Source: Paraspadella gotoi
Lineage: Eukaryota > Animalia > Chaetognatha
Assembly: GCA_051294375.1 (NCBI GenBank)
Contig: CM119270.1
Location: forward strand, 1,497,297 to 1,525,426
Reading direction: 5' to 3'
Length of the DNA stretch: 28,130 nt
The position numbers were made by a program, and so were the translations under genes. The notes beneath the pieces are model-generated. The model did no database searches. It was not told the DNA's origin and saw only the letters and a program-made list of their open reading frames with translations. Positions 22,701 to 28,130 of this stretch are shown in pieces. How positions within the stretch are numbered: position 1 is the first letter of the stretch; each line of letters begins with the position of its first letter.

Positions 22701-25700
22701 GCTAAACATACACTATTAGTTACAGTTTCCGAAACCCTATTGTCCCTTCTCTACATGATCTAAAAAAAAAGCCCAAATAAAATTATCTTGCAATCTTAAT
22801 TGTGCTTGATTTAAAGCAATCAAATAGAACTGGTTTTTTAGCAGTTGAAAACTGCATAGTCAAGCCTTCATTTTTTTTCAATTTTTGACACACATTGACA
22901 GAAACTGTAATTGATTTACTTACTATCAAATTCAGCGTACGAGCGCGGCTTAATTCAAAAGCGATTTCTCAATATATGCAGAAATTTTTAAAAAACCAAG
23001 TAACTATTAAAAAACTCAACACAAAATCGTTCGCCACAGTTTGCTTGTGAGTCCCAAATGCTTAGAAAAAACATTTTTTAAAATTTTATCTGATATTATT
23101 CATATAATATTATAAAAATATTTATATAAATCATACATGTATAGATTTAAAATCATTTTCTTTATTCAATCTGCGAAAAGTGTGCTATTATTATTATATT
23201 ATGTATAGAAATATATTACAATCAAAATAATTAATTTTTATAATTAAACTATCTAACAATTTAAACATTTCCTATTATGGCTATTAATTAAAAAATATAA
23301 ATTAAAATTAAAAATTATTTAATTTTAATTAAAATATAATAATCATATTAAATAAAAAAATTCAAAAAATTTTAATTTTTTATTATTATAATATAAATTA
23401 ATAATAATAATAATAATAATCAAATAATAAAATAATAAAATAAATAAAATATCTATTCTTTAATTTTTTTAATACTTATTCTTATTTTATATTATAATCA
23501 TATATATTATTATATATATTATTATATTATTATTATTATTAATTATTACTTATCTGATAATAATAATATATTTTTATATAAAATAATTTTATTTATTATT
23601 TAAAATTATTTAAATAACAATTTATTTTTAATTATTTATATTCAAAATAATATTTCTTAAAATTATTTCTTATAATTATATATAATAAAAAATTATTTTT
23701 AACTGAACGGAGTTTTTCTTGATAAAATTTCAGGCCAGGGATCTCACTGTGCGCCGGGTTTCTAAAGCTTCAGTACTACGCATAGCTACTAATCTGTTGT
23801 GGATCAAAACCGAGCCTTCGATATTTAAAGGGAAAGTTGATCGTTTGCAAGAGCCGATTTTTGACGATTGCTTTCATTGGCGATGTACTTTAACGGATTG
23901 TCGGCATTATGATGTACAATTATGCATGTGGATTATGTTTGCCAATTGTCTATCGAACGCCTACACAATTCTTGCATATAAAATCAATGAGTTGTTTTAG
24001 AAACGATGCTCCATCCCACATATATATTATATATTTTAAAGAAATAATATTAAAGAATAATTTCTTTGACAGCCGACCGCTTATAGTGACTCTATAGAGT
24101 TGCTCGCGAGCAGTTAAACATCGAACTAAAAAGTCGGATTCAGGTTCAACGAACGCGAGTAGAAAAATTACAAGGACTGCTCACCTGACTCAAACGACAA
24201 ATGGAACGTCCCACATAGTTAGCCAGTAATGTAAAGGATAACAGTGAGAAAAAATAGAGAAAATAATAATGAATAAAATTCCCATATTCAATCTTTATAA
24301 TCATACAATTGAAATTTCACTACTTAGCAGACGTATTTTGCTGTTTGCACTTTTGGAACCTCAAAGATTCGAACAAAAGAAGGACAGATGACCCATGTAC
24401 CGTTCAGTACCCGTATTGTTTTTACTGTTTTGAAAAATTGGTCATCAGAACTTAAATATCATTCATTTCATTGTCTTACCACTAACTTTATCAATCAGGA
24501 TCTTCACGGGTCAAAATTCGCCATATATTGTTGGGAATTCTGTCCAGTCTTCTTCCGCTACGGACTGTTCTGGCTCATCAATTTCAATCTGGGCCACCTC
24601 GTGCCGCTGATTATCTTTTTTTTCTCAAAAAAAATAAAAAAAAAAGGAAAAAATCGGGAATGGTCTTTAAACAATCTATTGGTATGGAAAAATTCTTAAC
24701 TAAGTTTCTTTTCAAGATCAAATCATTAAATTGGAATCACAAGCTATAACCTCCATAACATTAATACAAGATATGAGAAGAAGGAAGCGCTCTCTTATCT
24801 CTCCTAACAATCAAATCTGTTGCAAACACACAGTCAACGGAAATCAGGAAAGAGTCTCACGAACACTGAGGTCATCGCATAAAACTGTTTACCAATGAAA
24901 TGACATCCCTTGGTTCCAAATTTTTAAGAGGTAATTTGTACCTTTTTTTCTGTCCTTTCCTTGTGCGTGCTATGGGGAAGATGATATCATTACTAAAATT
25001 CCTTTATCAGAGGAGCGCCACAGACGCAAGATTCCAGCTTGTACATTTAAGCGCCGTAGTAAAATTTCTAATAACATCTATACATCTAGTTACTCTCAAT
25101 CTCTCACCGAACATAAAGTGCGCACGGTACACACCAGCTTCCCTAACAGAACCACTGAACCATCACGCCTCCATATACTACTCATCTATGCGGCCTCGTC
25201 AACAAACATGAATCATCTTTGCATCGACGATTAAACAACAAGCAGACACTACCACCTCATCCACAAATATAGATGCACTACATCCTTAGACACCGATTCA
25301 GATCGCCTGAAACGAACAGATCGTATAGCGGCCGCTCTACGCACTCTCGATCCCCTCGTGATAGTAATTCACTTCAGTCACAATAAGTCTCTTCGTAATC
25401 AAAATGTAACAACATTTCAAAACAGTTTACTAAGTCACATATCTTTTGCCAGCATGCTACGAAGTCCAGTCTCCGCATAAAACAGCCATGAAGCTACTAA
25501 AAAAGCGAACACGCTACTCACACGCTCCTTTTAGACACGAAAATCGCTCGCACTCATTTAGCCATCGACTGGGAGTGCTAAATCGCAAATCTACGCTGAT
25601 AAAGCTAGATTTTCTACATGGCTCGCCAAATATAATTCACACCATTGTCCGTATATCTGATTAAATAATAGCTTTTTGCTTAATAATTAACCCACTTAAA

Positions 25701-27819
25701 TGAAACGACACTCTTCTTCAACTAAACTATATCCTATATATCTTTCCTTTTTCAACTCTTCTTGTGTACGCCACGAAGCCGAATTCACAATCCTGCAAAT
25801 AAAATTCAAGATAAGCCTTTTTGAACATTTTTCGATTTCCCTATAGGGATGAAGTAACTATATTATAATATAGCCTCACCTACTACCCGAACTAAATTAA
25901 AAAACATAAATTAACTTTTTTTTACAAACATTAATGCTTCACTGCTATGTATGCTTGGTTACTTATTGACCTTCTTAGAATTTTCGTACGTACTTTCAAA
26001 CTACCGCCCTTACTTCGTACTCAAAAAATAAAATTTTTAAAATTTGTATTTGACAAAATGCTATGACTCTCCCAGTGGAAAGTAGCACGAATGGAGCGGG
26101 TATCACTGATGTAGAGGAGACTCATGCGAAATTTTCTTAATAATTATCTCGTCCATTCGTTCAATTGCACACCAAGCGAGATGGGGAATTTCTTCTCCAC
26201 CTTACCTGCTCTCGCTGAAGGAAACCATTGAATGCACTCCATCACCCTTCCGAATTCCCTTTAATTGATATGACCCTTAAGCTTCATTCGCAATACCATT
26301 TTTAATCACCTGGGTCCCCTTTAAAGAAATCGCTGACTCGGTCCATTGAAGAGCGATCTTTGCCGATCTCGACTTTTTTGGCGATCTACTGTACGTTGAC
26401 ACGGATGCTGTCGGATCTATGATGAACACTACTACTGTCATGTAGCTATCTAACTGTTCTGCAATCCGTTCCTATCGGAAACGCATCTACCAGACATCAC
26501 ATATTGATACTATAAACATAATGATCGTTGTTACGAAATCCGCCCACTGCTTCATCCCACCAATTATCCAACTAAATTCTCTTTCATTTCTGCCTCAGCA
26601 GCCACACACTTTTCGTCAGCGGTCCCCCGTCAACTAGTATCGAATCTCTCTCTCCTCTCAGTTGTTCCTGGCATTAAACCAATCAACACTTCCATCCAAG
26701 ACTTGACAACCACAATGCCATCCACCCACATCACCAACCCCAGCCTTTTATCACACTTCACCACTCTCACCAGTCTCACCTCGCGCTATTCGAGTATCCC
26801 CCATGTATACCTCACGACAGCCGAGTCCTTGCCGATGGAGACCGAGCGTCTCCGCACGCGTCGACTAGTTGATGTGCACACTTGAGCGGACCTGGAAGAT
26901 GATCGGAGTGAGGTACGAAGTAGAGACCAATGGCGGATACATGGGCACAAGATTGATTGGAAGAGAAAGAGAGAGACAGAGAAGCATTTGTGTAAATATT
27001 GTCAAACGAGCACCACTGGAACAATAAACTGTGTGAAGATGGATAAGGGGGGATTGGGGGGGGGGGGAAAAAAGCAAACAACGAGACCCAAAGGCAAGTC
27101 ATACAAGCTATTCGAAGCGAAAACAAGAGCTAAACGGGCGACAATGCTTCACAGGTCACAACAGTTAGAAGAGGAACATGACTAACGATGACGAAATTAA
27201 ACTGAGAACAAAACCAAACCAGGACAGAGTAGTGACAAAGACGAACTGACAAGAACTGACAAGAACTGACAAAGATGACGGTTAAGGACAAGGAGGAAAA
27301 TAAAACTTTTTCATTTGTCTTACTAATTTCGCCTAATTTTTTCTCCCGGCTCAGACTACCTTCCCCAATTAGCACAGTAAAATTTGGTATATCTCTGCAA
27401 TAAGTTAACCCCGTCTCTTAGCCGGACAAACATTTAACATTTAAGTTATTTCGCAACTTTCCTTCTTTTCTCCTCTCTACAATTGCTTTAACTTACCTTC
27501 CTAACTTCCACCATCTCGCTTCTTTCTTCTCTCTCTTGATTCCCTTCCCCCTCGGCCCTACCTCCAACCCCTCTTCAACCTGCGCCGGATTCGGATGCTG
27601 CAGCGGAAGATTGTGAATGTAAATNNNNNNNNNNCATCACAACCCCAGCTTTTATCACATTCACCACTCTCACAGTATTATTTTATCACATTCACCACTC
27701 TCACAGTCTCACCTCGCGTATTCGTATCCCCCATTGAACCTCACGACCGCGAGTCCTTGGCCGATGGAGACGAGGCGTCCTCCGCAGGCGTCGACGAGTT
27801 GATGGACCACTTGACGGAC
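2136..27819 (-). CDS. MARF1: MARF1 / limkain-b1 homolog (meiosis regulator and mRNA stability factor 1), multi-exon and 5'-partial; 2 RRMs + Q-rich linker + multiple LOTUS (OST-HTH) domains. Span includes introns; 3' end uncertain
   Basis: About 20 minus-strand exons, the clean ones with GT..AG ends and consistent phases. Translations match recalled MARF1 motifs in the correct order (CGG.V, R+.GEDV.GNRI, V.N+DY..S.KE, LHR.K+G.KRI, LPLFKF, VHSLL..H.G.+PL+SF.DCY, VPLEH.I..VPG, YHH.FGRQCRV.DYG, FNKF). Confidence 0.93.
4204..4317 (-). CDS. MARF1: Probable MARF1 C-terminal-region exon: DSSAIDVSAPSFKSSPATPTPTQDGLSHRTDRRNLRPE
   Basis: tcattcag|AC..AGG|gtaagt, 114 nt, open in phase 1 to 1, preceded by a 620-nt pyrimidine tract. 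Confidence 0.65.
4336..4960. repeat. Homopurine (G/A) low-complexity tract = sense-strand polypyrimidine; similar tracts at 2230-2378, 8632-8700 and 18096-18357
   Basis: Almost exclusively G and A for ~620 nt. Confidence 0.95.
4965..5878 (-). CDS. MARF1: Very noisy coding block, probably the last LOTUS domains
   Basis: Acceptor ttaacag at 5879. Fragment QLLVL matches recalled 'AQLLVLL'. No continuous frame recoverable. Confidence 0.4.
6073..6796 (-). CDS. MARF1: Two probable noisy exons (~6685-6796 and ~6073-6275), likely a further LOTUS domain
   Basis: Acceptor ccctcag|GTG at 6796, donor gtgagt at 6072. Fragment FEVEDYPSFLDLI. GC-rich relative to the intervening intron. Confidence 0.5.
6901..7053 (-). 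CDS. MARF1: MARF1 exon, LOTUS5 (indel-rich): GRQCR..KLVELLEAVP..FFALTQKEMIAVLQ
   Basis: cacgcag|GT..CAG|gtcagg. Matches 'GRQCKL..YGFTKLLELFEAIPD..LTLTEVE'. Confidence 0.82.
7222..7302. repeat. (CT)n microsatellite; others at ~3033-3097 and ~14760-14815; (ATTC)n-rich tract at ~10390-10600
   Basis: Direct inspection. Confidence 0.9.
7320..7590 (-). CDS. MARF1: MARF1 exon, LOTUS4/5 (indel-rich): GTYSVTVFHP..TSRFRREV..MRHNP..RLSFNKF..PSY..F
   Basis: tttttag|GC..TCG|gtgagc. Matches 'RTKQFSKDVVDLLRHQP.FRMPFNKFIPSYHHHF'. Confidence 0.8.
7738..7861 (-). CDS. MARF1: MARF1 exon, LOTUS4 (indel-rich): IT..NFPRL..KYF..ISD.GQCRFFD
   Basis: tctattcag|..GTG|gtaagg, 124 nt. Resembles 'V..EF..Y..F..DV.EYGVCELID'. 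Confidence 0.72.
8068..8264 (-). CDS. MARF1: Two small indel-rich exons (~8216-8264 VLGSGQ..LTL; ~8068-8135 ..RRFT..LYRI.KTQAL.Q)
   Basis: Donors gtcaag and gtgagt. Resembles '[36 protein letters not shown]'. Confidence 0.65.
8457..8630 (-). CDS. MARF1: MARF1 exon, LOTUS3 (indel-rich): ..IRTLLKNTP..EYHHQ/FGRQCRVADYGYT..FIEL..IPHVMQ
   Basis: Acceptor cctctag|A after a pyrimidine tract. FGRQCRVADYG read directly. Confidence 0.85.
9350..10120. repeat. ~89-bp tandem minisatellite, ~9 noisy copies, unit = exon 3' end + donor + 40 nt of intron
   Basis: Recurrent aatgtaaggaaaagtgcagctgc..ctcacctagaaaactgctgcagctgcg roughly every 70-85 nt. Confidence 0.9.
10068..10297 (-). CDS. MARF1: MARF1 exon (indel-rich): GVALSWSA..SDALSTPNGLDLLQRASLNSSLS.., ending ..SPYIHSQLQQFS(R)
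   Basis: Acceptor cctag|GC in phase 1. The 3' end is readable from the clean copy at 65-143 (QLQQFSR ~ 'QLIQFSR'). Confidence 0.7.
10341..10365. other. Assembly gap (25 N); other gaps at 11083-11092, 11552-11561, 14331-14355 and 27625-27634
   Basis: N runs, each with duplicated or repeat flanks. Confidence 0.99.
10672..10878 (-). CDS. MARF1: MARF1 exon, LOTUS2 end: GLEIVPTAISAADSLSTSPTHSPTQSPSPLETSCVGGCSTGSGGAGEKSAGAATSKPAVPLEHLIASVP(G)
   Basis: ccgtccag|GA..CGG|gtgagt, 207 nt (phase 1 to 1). VPLEH.I..VPG motif. Confidence 0.9.
11093..11260 (-). CDS. MARF1: Partial second copy of exon 10672-10878, cut by N-gap (probable alternate haplotype or contig overlap)
   Basis: Colinear with 10711-10878, with 5 substitutions and no indels. 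Confidence 0.7.
11698..11904 (-). CDS. MARF1: MARF1 exon, LOTUS2: ..MLPNAHVSMKELTPKVHSLLESHGGQMPLVSFVDCYNAAFES
   Basis: ccccacag|GA..CGG|gtcagg, 207 nt (phase 1 to 1). Matches '[23 protein letters not shown]'. Confidence 0.92.
12011..12099. repeat. 16-bp tandem repeat (ggagtaratraatgct) x ~5
   Basis: Direct inspection. Confidence 0.9.
12145..12246 (-). CDS. MARF1: MARF1 exon: GFDEDDEDSGLDSPFCRLHSIQGSVDSTADFPPL
   Basis: aaacccag|GA..TAG|gtgagg, 102 nt (phase 1 to 1). P.CR.H motif as in the MARF1 inter-LOTUS linker. Confidence 0.82.
   Translation of the reverse strand, partial: DLTRTTKTLASILHSVGYTRSKGPSTPRRTFLL
12678..13160 (-). CDS. MARF1: Probable location of the LOTUS1 C-terminal exon(s); sequence too noisy to delimit
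   Basis: GC-rich unique block between two satellite arrays. Fragment 'SELERLR..GRVC' near 12.70-12.79 kb weakly resembles 'SDLYKL..GRLVC'. An exon here is required by domain order. Confidence 0.4.
13209..14380. repeat. 23-bp satellite (ctccagccgaccacaaacaaaaa)n, about 50 copies, with an N-gap; degenerate copies also at 12515-12670
   Basis: Direct inspection; head-to-tail units with no spacers. Confidence 0.97.
14386..14544 (-). CDS. MARF1: MARF1 exon, RRM2 end + LOTUS1 start: IHVNLLPAGSHSRHPGVENAKLRSSVVELLSEEQGGSFKSLPLFKFIDSFEV(R)
   Basis: gctctag|G..CAG|gtgggt, 159 nt (phase 2 to 2). LPLFKF motif. Confidence 0.92.
14984..15106. repeat. ~43-bp tandem repeat, ~3 diverged copies, overlapping the exon end and donor at 15066
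   Basis: accttttataccccacttt at 15021 and 15064; a third degenerate copy at ~14984. Confidence 0.8.
15066..15190 (-). CDS. MARF1: MARF1 exon, RRM2 core: VLRVDVITAGDGSSVGSVRVPTVDDARLAISQLHRHKVGYK(R)
   Basis: ataccccag|GTT..AAG|gtaagg, 125 nt (phase 0 to 2). Matches 'DA..AISQLHR.K+GYKRI'. Confidence 0.93.
15352..15527 (-). CDS. MARF1: MARF1 exon, RRM2 start: ..SYAELTVTNLDYNISTKEWRKILFTIFKQHVQ
   Basis: cttaag|AT..CAG|gttggt, 176 nt (phase 1 to 0). Matches 'VQVSNIDYRLSRKELQQLL..F..H'. Confidence 0.9.
15933..16104 (-). CDS. MARF1: MARF1 linker exon: PSRSYASALSTIRRRLPFDLDPAPRNDAPDAVFGAASQEGVESFQSPRPILRRNLFN
   Basis: ttgaccccgcccccag|CCT..ACG|gtagaa, 172 nt, phase 0 to 1, consistent with both neighbours. 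GC-rich island within AT-rich intron DNA. Confidence 0.72.
17369..18092 (-). CDS. MARF1: MARF1 large linker exon, Ser/Gly/Ala- and Gln-rich (QQQLQQLQQQQ..QIQQQQQQLQQLQQQQMQIQQQQP..KKARAQE)
   Basis: Acceptor ctcttcag after a ~260-nt pyrimidine tract, donor GAG|gtagga. Mixed CAG/CAA codons. Phase 0 joins the next exon in frame. One probable frameshift in the CCT-rich part near 17.97-18.0 kb. Confidence 0.8.
18446..18477 (-). CDS. MARF1: 32-nt micro-exon (G)MELDIYDFVA(D) after a 38-nt intron
   Basis: tttag|G..CTG|gtaagt. Its phase-1 end joins AC-GCC of the next exon to give ..FVADASPDL.. Confidence 0.6.
18516..18603 (-). CDS. MARF1: MARF1 exon, RRM1 end: WAKRRLDGEDVLGNRIFV.. (needs single-base indel corrections to keep phase)
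   Basis: Acceptor cgcctcag, donor gtagtt. Strong match to 'AQKRMENEDVFGNRIIV'. Confidence 0.85.
18815..20139. repeat. Copy 1 of a ~1.3-kb direct duplication with an AT-rich core; probable non-autonomous DNA-element remnant
   Basis: Colinear with 22427-23833. Internal repeats aaaactgcatagtca (18868, 19194) and ggtagagcgcg (18948, 19274). Confidence 0.85.
20546..21891. repeat. Foldback-like inverted structure: (ACG/AAAACG)-rich arm, spacer, (CGT/CGTTTT)-rich arm, bounded by a 19-bp perfect inverted repeat
   Basis: tgattgattgattggtaga (20546-20564) vs tctaccaatcaatcaatca (21873-21891). Strand composition flips across 21320-21485. Confidence 0.75.
22427..23833. repeat. Copy 2 of the ~1.3-kb direct duplication (insertion-rich)
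   Basis: Same motif order as 18815-20139 with many single-base insertions. Confidence 0.85.
26780..26891 (-). CDS. MARF1: Indel-rich second copy of the RRM1-middle exon (27713-27819)
   Basis: Colinear with 27713-27819, including flanking intron, but with many 1-2 nt indels. Confidence 0.7.
27580..27624 (-). CDS. MARF1: MARF1 exon fragment, RRM1 start (RNP2): IYIHNLPLQHPNPAQ, truncated by N-gap
   Basis: 15 open codons ending CAG|gttgaa in phase 0. Matches RNP2 'LYVYNLP' and joins in frame to VRQVV. Confidence 0.75.
27713..27819 (-). CDS. MARF1: MARF1 exon, RRM1 middle: VRQVVHQLVDACGGRLVSIGQGLAVVRFNGGYEYA(R)
   Basis: Acceptor catctccag|GTC, donor GAG|gtgaga, 107 nt (phase 0 to 2). Resembles MARF1 RRM1 'LRRLSDNCGGKVLSI..AILRF'. 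Confidence 0.88.
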
Positions 27820-28130
27820 CTGGAGATGATCGGAGGGAGGACAAGTAGAGACAATGGCGGGATAATGGGCAAAGATTGATGGAGAAAGAGAGAGAGAGAG
27901 AAGCATTTGTGATAAATATTGTCAAAACGAGCCACCACTGGACAATAACTGTGTTGAAGATGGAGAAAAAGCAAACAAAGACCAAAGACAAAGTTATTCA
28001 TACGAAAAAGAGCAAACGGGGACAATGGCTTCATCAGGACAAAGTGTTAGAGGGAACATGACTAACGATGACGAAGATAAACGAGAACAAAACCAAACCA
28101 GGACAGAGTAGTGACAAAGACGAACTGACA

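Larger units (their letters stand above)
26730..28130. repeat. Direct duplication 26730-27260 / 27635-28130 across the N-gap 27625-27634
   Basis: Colinear exon + intron; the left copy is indel-rich. Confidence 0.88.

Overview
Eukaryotic (metazoan-type) genomic DNA, not prokaryotic. Almost the whole window is one multi-exon gene on the minus strand, a MARF1 / limkain-b1 (LKAP) homolog. I reconstructed it by hand from GT-AG junctions with matching phases and identified it by remembered similarity to vertebrate and insect MARF1 (no search was run). In transcript order it encodes RRM1 (IYIHNLP..|VRQVVHQLVDACGGRLVSIGQGLAVVRF..|AKRRLDGEDVLGNRI), a Gln/Ser/Gly-rich linker, RRM2 (ELTVTNLDYNIS..KQHVQ|VLRV..AISQLHRHKVGYK|RIHV) and a run of LOTUS/OST-HTH domains (LPLFKF, VHSLLESHGG, VPLEHLIASVPG, YHHQFGRQCRVADYG, FNKF..GRQCR..KLVELLEAVP). 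The N-terminal NYN nuclease domain should lie beyond the right edge. The assembly is a patchwork: clean segments alternate with indel-rich segments that look like uncorrected long-read fill, and all five N-gaps have duplicated or repeat flanks. Most frameshifts and several duplicated exons are therefore probably artefacts. The introns are repeat-rich: minisatellites seeded at 5' splice sites (one copies the exon end plus donor about 9 times), long pyrimidine tracts, a 1.35-kb foldback, AT-rich palindromes and a 1.3-kb direct duplication. Most ORFs in the supplied track are spurious products of low-complexity DNA.
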